Counted from the first letter of the stretch, positions 38,013-48,851 are shown. The stretch: 64,000 nucleotides of DNA from Spirochaetia bacterium (GCA_965203055.1 OZ241863.1:2592001-2656000); one strand, 5' to 3'. Program-made: numbers and translations. The notes: generated by a model not told the origin, from the sequence alone.

Positions 38013-39438
38013 ACCGCGCCCGCTCCGGCCCCGCCGCCTGCGAGCGGCGCAGTACCTCCAGCGGCAGGCGGCGCGCCGCCCGCGCCGCCGGTATCGCGGC
38101 CGCCAGCGCCGCCAGGGCAATGCTGCCACCGGCCACCACGCACAGCGGCGCCAGTTCCACCTCGATGGGGATCTGTTCCAGGTAGAAGCTGCGGTCGACC
38201 AGCGTCACCGCCTGCGGGGCCGCCGGGGCGGAGGTCAGCAGCATGACCGCGGCCTGCTGCGCCGCGCTGGCAATCGCCTCCAGACCCGCCACCACCTCGT
38301 TGATGTTGAGCGCCGCGGCCAGCCCGCCGGCGATGCCGGTCGCGGCGCCGAGGACGCCGGCCAGCAGGCCGCTGCCGGTGAGCGACCAGAACACCACCTC
38401 CGGCGGCAATCCCTGACTCTTCAGGAACGCCATCTCCTGCCGCCGCGCGAGCGCTACGGTCACCGTGGCCGAGGCCACGTTGACGCCGGCCACCGCGACG
38501 ATGAGCGCCATGATCAGCAACAGCAGCGCGCGGCTGGTGGCGAACGACTCGTAGTTGGCGCGTTCCAGTTGATACCAAGTGTAGATCGGATGACCGGGAC
38601 CCGCCGCCGCGGCGACGGCCGCCAGCACCGGACCCAGGTCGGCGAACGGGTCGCTGACCTTGAGGCCGACGAAGGCGCGGCCGCTGCCCGGCGGCAGCAG
38701 CCGATCGCCGGTGGCGTGCGATACGAATACCCAGAGCTTGTCCAGTTCCTGGTAACCGGTGGCGACGATGGCGCGCACTTCGAGCGGCGTGAGCTTCGGC
38801 ACCAGCAGCGCGGCACCGATTCCGGTGCCGCGCCCGGTGCCGCTTCCAGTGCCGCGCCCGGCGCCGCGGTCGAGGGCGGTCACCAGCAGCAGCCGATCCG
38901 CTACCTGCGCGCCAAGCTGCCGCGCCACCTCGCGCGACAGCGCCACCCCCCGGCCCTGCAGGTCGAATTCCCCCGCCTCGACCGTGAGGTAGCGGCGCAG
39001 CCCGGCGTCGCGGCGGTACAGGTCGGCGTCCAGCGCGCGCACCGTCACCACCTGCCGGCGCGCGCCGGCCGCGGCCAGCGCCACGCCCCGGCGCTCGCGC
39101 GCGGCGATCGTCCCGCGGCCAAGGCTCCGCTCCAGCCGCGCCGCGAGGTCGTCCAGCAGCCGCCCGCGCGCCGCGCCGGCGGCCGTTCCGGCGGGCAGCC
39201 CCACCTGCAGATGATAGCTGCCTACCTCCAGGTAGCGGCGCGTGATGCCGGCAATGAGGCCGTCCGACACCTCCAGCACCACGATCAGCGGCACCAGACT
39301 CAGGCCGATGCCGAGCGCGGCGCCGCCGAGGTAGGCGCCGGCGCCGGCCGCCCCGCGGCGGCGCACCAGGCAGCGCCACGCCAGGCGCGGCGCCAGCCGC
39401 CAGCTCGCCCGCGCCGGAGCGCTGAACGGCCCGCTCAT
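38011..39438 (-). CDS. LolC/E (FtsX-like) ABC transporter permease
   Basis: IVVLEVSDG, TGYQELDK, IVAVAGVNV, AAIPAARAAR. Confidence 0.85.
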   Translation of the reverse strand: MSGPFSAPARASWRLAPRLAWRCLVRRRGAAGAGAYLGGAALGIGLSLVPLIVVLEVSDGLIAGITRRYLEVGSYHLQVGLPAGTAAGAARGRLLDDLAARLERSLGRGTIAARERRGVALAAAGARRQVVTVRALDADLYRRDAGLRRYLTVEAGEFDLQGRGVALSREVARQLGAQVADRLLLVTALDRGAGRGTGSGTGRGTGIGAALLVPKLTPLEVRAIVATGYQELDKLWVFVSHATGDRLLPPGSGRAFVGLKVSDPFADLGPVLAAVAAAAGPGHPIYTWYQLERANYESFATSRALLLLIMALIVAVAGVNVASATVTVALARRQEMAFLKSQGLPPEVVFWSLTGSGLLAGVLGAATGIAGGLAAALNINEVVAGLEAIASAAQQAAVMLLTSAPAAPQAVTLVDRSFYLEQIPIEVELAPLCVVAGGSIALAALAAAIPAARAARRLPLEVLRRSQAAGPERAR

Positions 39439-40112
39439 GGCGCCGGCTGCAGCACGCCGCCGGCCAGCCGGTAGCCGGCGCCGGCGCGCGCTGCGAGGCG
39501 CGGATCGTGGGTCACCAGCACCAGCGTGGTACCTTCCTGCCGCACCAGATCGAACAACAGGTCGGCGACCATCTGCGAGTTGCGTTCATCCAGATTGCCG
39601 GTCGGCTCGTCGGCCAGCACCAGCACCGGTTCGGCGGCCAGCGCCCGCGCCACCGCTACCCGCTGGCGCTCCCCCCCCGAGAGCTCGGCCGGAAAGTAGT
39701 CGGCGCGGTCGCGCAGCCCGACAGCGCCCAGCAGGTCGCGCGCGCGGCGCTGCGCAATGGCGCGCCTCTGGCCGCGAATCAGGGCCGGAAGCAGGACGTT
39801 CTCCAGCGCGCTGAAGTCGCGCAGCAGGTGGTGGAACTGAAAGATCAGCCCCAGCGAACGCCGGTAGCGGGCCAGCTCGGCCTCGTTCAGAGCGCCCAGA
39901 TCGAGGCTGCCGACCCGCACACTGCCCGGTCCGAAGCGATCCAGGCCGGCGACGATGTTCAGCAGCGTGCTCTTGCCCGAGCCACTCTCGCCGGTAATGG
40001 CCGCGGTGGCGCCCGGCGCGATAGCGAGGTCCAGGCCGCGCAGTACGGTCAGCCGCCCGGCCGGGCCCGCGTAGTGCTTCCACAGCCCCGCGGCGCGGAC
40101 CGTTACCGCCAT
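39435..40112 (-). CDS. lolD: Lipoprotein-releasing ABC transporter ATP-binding protein
   Basis: GESGSGKST, FQFHHLL, LSGGERQRVA, ADEPTGNLD; between two LolC/E permeases. Confidence 0.88.
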   Translation of the reverse strand: MAVTVRAAGLWKHYAGPAGRLTVLRGLDLAIAPGATAAITGESGSGKSTLLNIVAGLDRFGPGSVRVGSLDLGALNEAELARYRRSLGLIFQFHHLLRDFSALENVLLPALIRGQRRAIAQRRARDLLGAVGLRDRADYFPAELSGGERQRVAVARALAAEPVLVLADEPTGNLDERNSQMVADLLFDLVRQEGTTLVLVTHDPRLAARAGAGYRLAGGVLQPAP

Positions 40113-40164
40113 CGCGCTCGTCGCGCGGCGCGGTGCGCGCTGCCCCGGGCGCCCGCCCGCCGGA

Positions 40165-41535
40165 TCACTCGGCGCGCAACGCCGCGGCCGCGGCCACGCG
40201 GCCGGCGCGGGCGGCCGCCGCCAACCCCGCCAGCGCCGGGGCGGCAACCGTGAACGCCGCCACCAGCAGAACCTCCGCCAGGGGGAGCCGACTCGGCACC
40301 TCGACGAGATAGAAGGTGGAGGGCGAGAAGATCCGCACCGAGGAGGCGGCGCCGGCCGCGCCCGGCAGCCACGCGGCCAGCGCCAGGGCGGCGTTGGCGG
40401 CCGCTTCGAGCGCCGCGAACAAGCCGCCGACGTTGTACGCCAACAGCAACCCCAGCGCGACGCCGGCCGCGGCGCCCAGCAGCCCCAGCAGCCCCCCCTC
40501 CCAGATCAACACGCCGCGCACCACCCACGGCGCCGCGCCGAGGGCGCGCAGCAGCCCCAGCTCCGCGCTGCGCTCCACCACCCGGCGGCGCAATCCCTGG
40601 AGGATGTTGTACGCCACCACGACGAATACCAACCCCAGGATCGCCGCCAGGAGCAGCTTTTCGAGGCGCAGGGCCGCGAACAGGGCGCGGTTGAAGGTCC
40701 GCCACGACTCTACCTCCGCGGCCGGGTCCACCTCCGCCAGCGCGCCCCGCAGCGCGGCCAGCGCCGCCAGGTCGCGAAACCGGTTGTCCAACTTCACGCC
40801 GTAGAGCAGCGGCGCGCCCGCGGCCGAATCGGGGCTCGCCGCCAGCGCGCTCGAAGGGCCGACGAAGCCCCACCCCAGGTCATACTCGTACAGGCCGCTG
40901 CGGAAGATGCCGCGCACCGTGAGCCGCTGCCCGCGCGGCCGCAGCGCTGCTCCGGCGCTGACGCCGGCCGCGCCGTCGAGGGTAACCACCGTCACCTGGT
41001 CCCCGGGAAGCACTCTGAGATGGAGGGCCAGCTCGGCGCCCAGGACGATGCTGGCGGGCGTGTCGACGGCGAACTCCCCGGCGGTGACCTCCACGTGGCG
41101 GGCGAAGCCGGGGTCCAGGCGCCGCACCTCCGGCGGCACTACCCGCACCAGCAGGCCGCGCGACGGCGGCGCCGCGGCCCCGCCGCGCGGCACCCCGGTA
41201 ACGAGGGCCGGCAGCTCGGCGAAGGGAACGACCGCGCTGACCTCCGACACGGAAGAGAGCGCCGCGGCGAAGCGCTGCGCCTCGCCGGCGCTGCGCCCCG
41301 CCGCGGCCGGCGAGGTGACGCGCAGGTGATAGGAACCTATTTCGAGGATGTCTTCGATGAAGCCAAGCTGAAAGCCGTTCATCACCGCCAGCACTACCAG
41401 CAGGGTGGCGCAGCCCAAGGCCAGTCCGCCGGCGGCCAGCAGCGGCGCGGCCTGCAGTCCGCCGCGGCCCAGCCCGAGCTGGCGCGCGCCGACCAGCGCC
41501 GCCAGGCGCAGGTGGCGCGGCAGCAGCCGCGTCAT
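40165..41535 (-). CDS. LolC/E ABC transporter permease
   Basis: LAVMNGFQ, SGLYEYD, NRALFAALRLEK, LRALGA. Confidence 0.88.
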   Translation of the reverse strand: MTRLLPRHLRLAALVGARQLGLGRGGLQAAPLLAAGGLALGCATLLVVLAVMNGFQLGFIEDILEIGSYHLRVTSPAAAGRSAGEAQRFAAALSSVSEVSAVVPFAELPALVTGVPRGGAAAPPSRGLLVRVVPPEVRRLDPGFARHVEVTAGEFAVDTPASIVLGAELALHLRVLPGDQVTVVTLDGAAGVSAGAALRPRGQRLTVRGIFRSGLYEYDLGWGFVGPSSALAASPDSAAGAPLLYGVKLDNRFRDLAALAALRGALAEVDPAAEVESWRTFNRALFAALRLEKLLLAAILGLVFVVVAYNILQGLRRRVVERSAELGLLRALGAAPWVVRGVLIWEGGLLGLLGAAAGVALGLLLAYNVGGLFAALEAAANAALALAAWLPGAAGAASSVRIFSPSTFYLVEVPSRLPLAEVLLVAAFTVAAPALAGLAAAARAGRVAAAAALRAE

Positions 41536-42734
41536 GACGCGCCCGGCGCCGGGGCCGGCGGCGGCGGCGCCAAGTCGCGGGTACGGATCACCTCCCCGGC
41601 GCGCAGCACCTCCTCGCGCTCCCGCGTCCGGTTGCGCCAGAACACCCGCAGCACCGTGCCGTCCGCGCCGTACACCTCCTCCACCCGCTCGCCGGGCGCC
41701 GGGAACGTGGTCACCCGCAGCAGGCGGCCGCGGCGGCGGTATTCCTCGCGCACCCGCAGGCCGGCGCCGTCATAGGCGTAGCGGTAGGTCTCCAGGCCCC
41801 GCTCGCCGGCCACCTCCAGGGAGGCAAGCGTACCATCGGGGTGGTACCGATAACGCTGCTCTTCCAGCAGTGCGCCGCCGGCGCCGGCGGCCGGCGCAGC
41901 GTATACCCGTACCAGGGTGGGGCGCCCGCGCGCGTCGTGAATGGTTTCGGAGCGGGTCTCCGCGCGGCCGTCGAAGCTGGTCTCCGCGCCCGGCCCGCCG
42001 GGCGCGGGGCGGCGCGCCGCCAGCAACCGCTCGCCCGCCCATTCCTCGCGCGCATACTCGGCGCCGCCGGCGGCGCGCACGATCAACTCGGCGTCACCGG
42101 CGCCGTGGCGCTCCTCGATCAACGCGCCGGCGCGGAACACGAGGCCCAGCACCGCGGGCGGGCCGGCGGCGCCGCCGCCGGCCGCCGGATTGCGGGTGAA
42201 GCGGCGCAGGCGGCCGGCCGCGGTCAGCTCGTAGCTGTCGGTCGCCAGCAGCGCGCCGCCGGCGTCGTAACGCTCCACGCGGCGCAGGTCGGAGCCGCGG
42301 TACACCAGCACGTCGCGCTGCCGCAACTCGCCGCCGGGGCTGAAGTGACGCTCCTCCCGCAGCAGTCCGGCGGCGTCGTAGCGGCGTTCGGCGACTACCC
42401 TCCCCTCCTCCAACTCCTGTTCCAGCTCCGGTTCATCGCCCGCGGCCGCAGTGCGGCGCCACTCGCGGACCGCCGCGCCGCCGTTCAGCAGCCGCCGCCG
42501 CGCTACCAGTCCGGCGGCCTGGGCCTCCGCCGCGGAGTCCACCGCCAGCACGAACCCGGAGGCGGCGCCGGGCGCGCCGGCCAGCGCGGCCAGCGGGGTA
42601 CCGAAACGATCGGCGCGCCAATACTCGACCGCGGCGAGCGGCGCGCCCGCCAGCAGCCAGGCCGCCGTTACGGCGGCCGCGCAGCGCGCCCGGCCGGGCA
42701 CCGCCGCCGGCCGGCGCCGCGGCGCCGGCGTCAC
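41532..42734 (-). CDS. Exported hypothetical protein with YD/MORN-like beta repeats
   Basis: Signal peptide; RYDAAGLL, YHPDGTL, YAYDGAG repeats; operon position. Confidence 0.6.
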   Translation of the reverse strand: MTPAPRRRPAAVPGRARCAAAVTAAWLLAGAPLAAVEYWRADRFGTPLAALAGAPGAASGFVLAVDSAAEAQAAGLVARRRLLNGGAAVREWRRTAAAGDEPELEQELEEGRVVAERRYDAAGLLREERHFSPGGELRQRDVLVYRGSDLRRVERYDAGGALLATDSYELTAAGRLRRFTRNPAAGGGAAGPPAVLGLVFRAGALIEERHGAGDAELIVRAAGGAEYAREEWAGERLLAARRPAPGGPGAETSFDGRAETRSETIHDARGRPTLVRVYAAPAAGAGGALLEEQRYRYHPDGTLASLEVAGERGLETYRYAYDGAGLRVREEYRRRGRLLRVTTFPAPGERVEEVYGADGTVLRVFWRNRTREREEVLRAGEVIRTRDLAPPPPAPAPGAS

Positions 42735-43612
42735 TCGCGTCCGACCACGGCCGCCGCGAAGCGCTCGGCGTCGAACGGCTCCAGGTCGTCCATACCCTCG
42801 CCGGTGCCCAACAATGAGAACGGCAGCCCGAGCTGGCGGCTCACCGCAAACGCCGTGCCGCCGCGCGCCGAGGAATCGAACTTGGTCAGCAACAGCGAGT
42901 CCACGCGCAGGGCGTCGTGAAACAGGCGCGCCTGCTCGATTGCGTTCTGGCCGGTAGTGGAGTCCACCGCCAGCAGATGATGGACCACACCGGCGCCGGC
43001 CGCGCGCTCGGCGGCGACCCGCGCCAGCTTGCGCAGCTCGGCGACCAGATCGGCGCGGTTGTGCATCCGCCCGGCCGTGTCCACCAGGAGCAACTCGATA
43101 CCGCGCGCGCGGGCGCTGGTGATGGCATCGTAGGCTACCGCGGCGGCGTCGGCGCCGCGGTGCTGGCGGATCACGGGCAACCCCAGACGTTCGCCGTGGC
43201 GCTGGAGCTGCTCGATGGCGGCGGCGCGGAAGGTGTCGGCGGCGGCGAACATCACCGCGTAGGAACGCTGGAAGCGGTGCGCCAGCTTGGCCAGCGCCGT
43301 GGTCTTGCCGACGCCGTTGACGCCGAGCATCAGCACTACGGTGAGCTGCCGGCGGCGCGGCATCACTATGCTGGTGGCAAGCGTGCGCTCGAGCACCTCC
43401 TGCAGGGCAAGCTGCAGCCGCTCCCAGTCGCGCGGGCGCTGCGCGCGTACTTCGTCCACCAGCTCGGCCGCCAGGCGGGGCCCGAAGTCACCCTCCAACA
43501 GGGTGTCTTCCAACGCCTCGAAGTCCGCTTCCTGCCAGGCCGAGGCGCGCCCGAACCACGCCCGCAGGCGCCCGCCGAACGTGCGCCCGCGCCCGCCGCG
43601 GCCGAGCATCAC
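42731..43612 (-). CDS. ftsY: Signal recognition particle receptor FtsY
   Basis: GVNGVGKTT, DTFRAAAIEQL, DTAGR, TGQNA, TKFDSSARGG. Confidence 0.96.
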   Translation of the reverse strand: MMLGRGGRGRTFGGRLRAWFGRASAWQEADFEALEDTLLEGDFGPRLAAELVDEVRAQRPRDWERLQLALQEVLERTLATSIVMPRRRQLTVVLMLGVNGVGKTTALAKLAHRFQRSYAVMFAAADTFRAAAIEQLQRHGERLGLPVIRQHRGADAAAVAYDAITSARARGIELLLVDTAGRMHNRADLVAELRKLARVAAERAAGAGVVHHLLAVDSTTGQNAIEQARLFHDALRVDSLLLTKFDSSARGGTAFAVSRQLGLPFSLLGTGEGMDDLEPFDAERFAAAVVGRE

Positions 43613-45018
43613 CGCGCCCCCTCGGCGGCGGCGCCCAGATAATCGCCCAGCGCCACTCCCGCGCGCACCAGCAGCGCCCCGGTCAGCGCCAGACTGGCAA
43701 AGCCGCCGCCGATCAACAAGCCGTGCTCGGCGCCGGCGGCGGGGCGCGCGCTGCCCGGTTGCCCCGCTTCGCCGGCGGCGGTGAACAAGATCAACGGCCC
43801 GGCCAGCGACACCACCGCGGCGCCGAACCGGTCATAGAAGCGATCCCGCTGCTCCCGCTGCCGCTGCGCCAGGTCATACTCGTCGAGCGCCAGGTCGAAC
43901 CGCAACGGCGCGCCGGCGGCGGCCGGCCGCAGCACGAACGCGGCATCGCGATAACCCGCCAGCCGCAGGAGGCCGCGGGCCGGGCGCGCGGCTGCCGTCA
44001 CCTGCAACGGGGTTGTCCCCAGATAGCGCGAGTCGAGGTAGAGCGCGGCCCCCGGCGGATCGGAGACGATGGTCACCGGCTGCGGCGGCAGCGGCTCCAG
44101 TACCGGCGCCAGCCTCGCCGCGCTGCCGGCCAGCGTGACGGTCCGCTCCAGCGGCTCATGGCGCGGCGCGGTAACGCGGATCGTATACTCCCCCAGCGGC
44201 AGGTAGGGCACTTCGGTCGCGCCGCGCCCGGCGAGCGCGCCGTCCACGTACACCGCGCTCTGCGCGGGAGTCGGATGCACGGTAAGCGCGCCCCACGGCT
44301 CGCCGGTCAGGAGCGGCGCGAGCTGCCGCTCCAACTCCTCCAGCGTGGCTTCGACCGCCTCCCGGCGCACCACGCCGCGGTAGGTGAGCACCGGCCGGCC
44401 GAGATTGTCGTCCAGCGCCTCCAGGCGCAGGAACAACACCCCTTCCACCGCCTCCAGCACCCCGGTGACCAACAGGTCGAGGTCCGCCTCCCGCGCCGCC
44501 TGCAGCGGCGCGAAGCGGGGCGCCGGCAACCGCGGATCGTCGCTGCCCGCGGGCGTCATGGCGAGCGGCTTGTAGGCGGCGATCTCCAGTTCCTCCGGAG
44601 CCAGCTCCCGCAGCTCTCGCAGCCGCTCGCGGGCCGCGGCAAGCTGTTCGTCGAGAGACGCGGTGTCGGCCCGCGCCAAGGCCTGCCGGTCCCGTTGCCG
44701 CTGCAGCTCGACCACGCTCCGGCGCTGCTCGCCGACCGCCTCCGCCAGCACGCGGCGGGCGCGGCCAAGCTGTTCGTCGGGCGCCAGCCGATGGCGCCGA
44801 ATCGGGGTCAGACGCTCCTGCAGCAGGCGCGGGATGGCGCGCCCGAGGTAGCTGTCCTCCGCCGCCAGATGCACTGCGCGCAGGGCGGTGAAGCCCACCC
44901 GCCAGTCGGCGCGCGGGTCGGCGGGCAGGTCGGCGGGCTGCGCCTCGGCCGCCGCGCCGCGCGCCAGCGCCAGCAGCGCCGCGGCGGCGAGCGCGGCCGG
45001 CCGCGCGCGGGACTGCAC
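43609..45018 (-). CDS. PEGA domain-containing protein
   Basis: SAVYVDG..GEYTIRVTAP, SDPPGAALYLD..LGTTPL; signal peptide and C-terminal TM. Confidence 0.8.
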   Translation of the reverse strand: MQSRARPAALAAAALLALARGAAAEAQPADLPADPRADWRVGFTALRAVHLAAEDSYLGRAIPRLLQERLTPIRRHRLAPDEQLGRARRVLAEAVGEQRRSVVELQRQRDRQALARADTASLDEQLAAARERLRELRELAPEELEIAAYKPLAMTPAGSDDPRLPAPRFAPLQAAREADLDLLVTGVLEAVEGVLFLRLEALDDNLGRPVLTYRGVVRREAVEATLEELERQLAPLLTGEPWGALTVHPTPAQSAVYVDGALAGRGATEVPYLPLGEYTIRVTAPRHEPLERTVTLAGSAARLAPVLEPLPPQPVTIVSDPPGAALYLDSRYLGTTPLQVTAAARPARGLLRLAGYRDAAFVLRPAAAGAPLRFDLALDEYDLAQRQREQRDRFYDRFGAAVVSLAGPLILFTAAGEAGQPGSARPAAGAEHGLLIGGGFASLALTGALLVRAGVALGDYLGAAAEGAR

Positions 45019-45022
45019 TTGG

Positions 45023-46154
45023 CTAGCGGCCCGCGCCGGCGGCCGGCGCGGGCCGCCCGGCCGCCGCGGCGTGCTTCAGGTACGCGGTAATGAACCGGTC
45101 GATCGCGCCGTCCATCACCGCCTGCACGTTGCCGCTTTCGAACTTGCTGCGATGGTCCTTGACCAGGGTGTAGGGCTGAAACACGTAGGAGCGGATCTGG
45201 TTGCCCCACGAGATGTCGCGCTTGTCCCCCTCCAGATCGCGGCGTTCGCGGCGTTGCTGCTCCTCGAAGTGGTCGTACAGACGCGAACGCAACACTTTCA
45301 TGGCGGTGGCGCGATTCTTGTGCTGACTGCGCTCGTTCTGGCATTGCACCACGATCCCGGTTGGCAGATGGGTCATGCGCACCGCGCTGTCGGTCTTGTT
45401 GACGTGCTGGCCGCCGGCGCCGCTGGAGCGGTAGGTATCCACCCGCACGTCCTCCGGCCCGATGTCGACGTCGATGGAGTCGTCGATCACCGGCGATGCC
45501 GCCACCGAGGCGAACGAGGTATGGCGCCGCTTGCTGGCGTCGAACGGGGAAATTCGCACCAGCCGGTGAATCCCGCTCTCGGCGCGGAGCAGGCCGAAGG
45601 CGTAGTCGCCGGTCACCTCCGCGGTTACCGACTTGATCCCGCCCTCTACCTCCATGAGATCGATGATTTCGACCTTGAACTCACGCCGCTCGGCCCAGCG
45701 GGTATACATGCGCAGCAGCATCGCCACCCAGTCGCATGCCTCGGTCCCGCCGGCTCCCGCGTGGACCGTCAGGAAGCAGGCGGCCGCGTCGTGCGGCCCC
45801 GCCATCCACTCCAGTTGTTGCAGATCTGCGTAGGTTCGCCGCAAGGCGGCCGCGGTGGCGGAGATCTCCGGCTCCAGGTCCACTGCCTCCTCGGCGACCG
45901 CCAGCTCGTACAACTCGGCCAGGTCGGCGGCCTCGGCGCGCAGCTTCTGCCACGGCTCGTAGCGGCGCTTCAGCCCCTTGAGCCGCGTCAGCACCCGCTC
46001 GGCGCGTTCCCGATCCTGCCACAGGTCCGGCTGCTCCGTCTGCCGCTCCAGTTCGCGCAGGCGTTGTTCCACTCGGTCCCGTTCAAAGGTACCCCCAGGA
46101 CTCGTCGATTGCTGCCCGGAGGTCGGTTATCCGGTGCTCGATTTCTGCCAACAT
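45023..46154 (-). CDS. prfB: Peptide chain release factor 2, programmed +1 frameshift after codon 23
   Basis: SPF and GGQ motifs; GGAGG SD before ATG 46154; ORF1 ends TGG GGG TAC CTT TGA (46083), +1 frame continues ERDRVEQRL. Confidence 0.95.
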
Positions 46155-46198
46155 CACGTTTGCCTCCGGCGGTAGCATGACGATCGGAGGGCGGGCCA

Positions 46199-47743
46199 TC
46201 AAGGGCCGCGCCGGCGCCCCAGCAAGCTGCCCGCCGCCAGCAGGGTGAGGAGGAGCCACGCCGCCGCCGCCCCCGGCGCGGGCGCCGCCGGCGCGCCGCG
46301 CCGCGCCGCGACCGGCCGGCCCTGCGCCACGAACAGGGCCGGCAGGCCGGCGCGCGGCGCCGCGGCCAATACGGCCTGCAGCCAGCGGTCCGAGAAGCGC
46401 GCCACCTCGACCGCGGCGTGCCGCACGCGCCCGTCCCGCCCGCGCCGGTACTGATCCACCAGCACCCGCTCGCCAGGCGCCGGCAGCGCGAACGGGCGCC
46501 CGAACTGCAAGGTCTCCTGGTACGCCGCATGGGCCGCGTAGTGACTGAACGCCGGCAGGGCGCCCGCCCCGCCGGCGTCGAGCGCCGGCAGCTCCGCGAG
46601 ACTGAAGCCGGCGCCGGCCGCGGCGGGTACCGGACGGGGAATCAGCTCGCCGCGGCCGCCCGCCAGCACCATGGCGAGGCCGATCAGGCCGACCACGCTG
46701 CCGGCCCCGAACCCGCCGCAGCGGCGCCCGGCGCGCCGCCGCGGGGACCACCGGCCCGAATCCCGCCGGCGAAGCGCCGGGGGGCGAAGCGCGCGGCGCC
46801 GGCGGGCGCCGGCGGCGGCCAGCCAGCGCACCGCAAGACCGGCGCAGATCAACGCCGCGGACCACACGCTGCCGGCGAGCAGATAGACGGCCATGCTGCG
46901 CAGGTCGCGCGCCGGCAGCAGGGCGAACGACCCGCCGTCTCCGGCCGGCCGGTCCGGCGTTACCAGGCCCAGGATCACGACGCCGAGCAGCACCGCCAGC
47001 GCCGCCAGCGCAGGGCGCCAGCGACCGCGCCACGGCTGCCGCGCCGCGCCGGTCACGGGACCCGCCAACCAGGCGCAGACCAGGTACGCCGGCAGCGCGG
47101 CGAACGCGGCCGGCAATGCGCCGTGAACTACGATCGGCGCCCAGGGGAGCGCCAGCAGCAGCCGCCACCAGCGGGGCGAGCAAGGGTCCCGGCGACCGAT
47201 CTGAAGCGCGGCGCCGGCCGCGAACAGCAGTACCGCCAGCCCTACCCGCGGCCACGGGAGATCGGCGATGCGCCAGCCGAAGCCGCCGCCGCGCAACACC
47301 CACCCGAGGCGCGCGGCAAAGTAGCCCGGCGGCAGCGAGCTGGCGACGTAGACGATCCGCGCGGCGCCCGCGCCCGTCTCGGCAGCGAACCAGTCCGCCG
47401 CGCCGCGCAGGTAAGGATCATAGCGCGGGTCGAGTTGGTCCAGACGCGCCGCGAGCTCGGCGATTGCGACCCATTGGTAGCCGCCGAAGGTCGTCACCCG
47501 TTCACTGGCGGTCTCCGCTGACACCACCGCGCCGAAGCCGGCCGCGCGCAGGAGCTGCGCCGCCTGGGCCGCGGCGTGACCGGCCGCCGCGGCGCCGCCG
47601 GCGCCGGGGTCTTCCCGGATGAGCAAGGTGTAGTAGCCGCGCCACACCTGCCGCGCCTCGGCGAACACGGCCAGCGACCGCTGTATCAGCAGCCCGGCGA
47701 GCAGCACTCCCGCGGCCAACCCGAGCGTGGCGATGTAGCGCAC
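46199..47743 (-). CDS. Hypothetical multi-pass membrane protein
   Basis: Multiple hydrophobic segments, DPRYDPY motif. Confidence 0.6.
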   Translation of the reverse strand: MRYIATLGLAAGVLLAGLLIQRSLAVFAEARQVWRGYYTLLIREDPGAGGAAAAGHAAAQAAQLLRAAGFGAVVSAETASERVTTFGGYQWVAIAELAARLDQLDPRYDPYLRGAADWFAAETGAGAARIVYVASSLPPGYFAARLGWVLRGGGFGWRIADLPWPRVGLAVLLFAAGAALQIGRRDPCSPRWWRLLLALPWAPIVVHGALPAAFAALPAYLVCAWLAGPVTGAARQPWRGRWRPALAALAVLLGVVILGLVTPDRPAGDGGSFALLPARDLRSMAVYLLAGSVWSAALICAGLAVRWLAAAGARRRRALRPPALRRRDSGRWSPRRRAGRRCGGFGAGSVVGLIGLAMVLAGGRGELIPRPVPAAAGAGFSLAELPALDAGGAGALPAFSHYAAHAAYQETLQFGRPFALPAPGERVLVDQYRRGRDGRVRHAAVEVARFSDRWLQAVLAAAPRAGLPALFVAQGRPVAARRGAPAAPAPGAAAAWLLLTLLAAGSLLGRRRGP

Positions 47744-47824
47744 CTCGTCCCCCCTGCAAGGCGCCGCCTGCGCTGCGGCGCGGTCTCGTTGACAGTAAAA
47801 TCAAGCGGGCGCTACCGTTGCCCG

Positions 47825-48850
47825 GTGAGCAGCCGGCCGCAATCGTACCCTGAGTCGTTTCGCGTGCGCGCCGATGACGTCGACCGGCGGGTCGATCGGG
47901 TAGTGCGCCGGCTGCTGCCGCGGGTCCCGCTGTCCCGGCTCTACCAAGCGTTGCGGGAGGGGGAGATTCGCGTCAACGGCGCGCGCGTGGCGCCGGCCAC
48001 CCGGACCCGGGCCGCCGACCTGATCCGGGTGCCCGCGGCCCTCGCGCGGGAGGGCGCCGCGCGGCCGCGGCGCCCCGCCGGGCATCCGCCCGCCGGGCAC
48101 CCTCCCGCCCGCCCGCTCCCGGCGCCGCCCATCCTGTACCGCGCCGCCGGCGTAATGGCAGTTGCCAAACCGGCCGGCTTGGCGGTACATGGCGAGGGGG
48201 ATTCGGTCATGACCCGGCTGCAGCACGAATGGACGCCGCATCACGCCGCGCTGAGCTTTGCGCCCGCGCCGGCGCATCGGCTCGACCGCCTCACCAGCGG
48301 CGCGCTGGTGATCGCCGAGACTCTGCCGGCGGCGCGGCACTGGTCGCTGGCGTTGCGCCGCGGACAGATTCTCAAGCTGTACCTGGCGGTCGTGGCCGGC
48401 AACCTGCCGCCGGACCGCGGCGGCGAAATCTGGACCGACACCCTGAGCTACGACCGGCGCCGGCGCCGGGCGCGGGCGGACGCGGGCGGCCAGGCCGCCC
48501 GCGCCCGCGTATGGGTGTTGACTCAGGCCGCGGGCGGCGTCCCCGCCACCCTGCTGCTGGTGCAACTGCTCACCGGCCGGCGCCACCAGATCCGCGCCCA
48601 GGCGGCGCGGCGCGGCCATCCCCTGCTCGGCGACTCGCGCTACGGCGCCGGCGGCCGGACCGGCGCCCCGCTGCTGCATGCCGCCGCCCTCCGCAACGAC
48701 GTCGACGGGGTACCGATCCTCGCGCCGCTGCCGCCGGCCGCGCGCCGCGCGCTCGACCGGCGCTTCGGAAGCGGCGCCGCCCGGCGCGCCGCAGCGGCGG
48801 TCGCGCGGCGCCTGCGCGACACCGCGCCGGCGGCGCGCGGGCAGGACTGA
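47825..48850 (+). CDS. RluA/RluC-family pseudouridine synthase
   Basis: S4-like RVDR..GEIRVNG, KPAGLAVH, HRLDRLTSG, TGRRHQIR, HPLLGD. Confidence 0.92.
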   Translation: MSSRPQSYPESFRVRADDVDRRVDRVVRRLLPRVPLSRLYQALREGEIRVNGARVAPATRTRAADLIRVPAALAREGAARPRRPAGHPPAGHPPARPLPAPPILYRAAGVMAVAKPAGLAVHGEGDSVMTRLQHEWTPHHAALSFAPAPAHRLDRLTSGALVIAETLPAARHWSLALRRGQILKLYLAVVAGNLPPDRGGEIWTDTLSYDRRRRRARADAGGQAARARVWVLTQAAGGVPATLLLVQLLTGRRHQIRAQAARRGHPLLGDSRYGAGGRTGAPLLHAAALRNDVDGVPILAPLPPAARRALDRRFGSGAARRAAAAVARRLRDTAPAARGQD

Positions 48851-48851
48851 C

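Noticed and set aside
38815..38870. Short GTGSGTGRGTG repeat in the permease
   Set aside because: Low-complexity loop insertion typical of GC-rich genes
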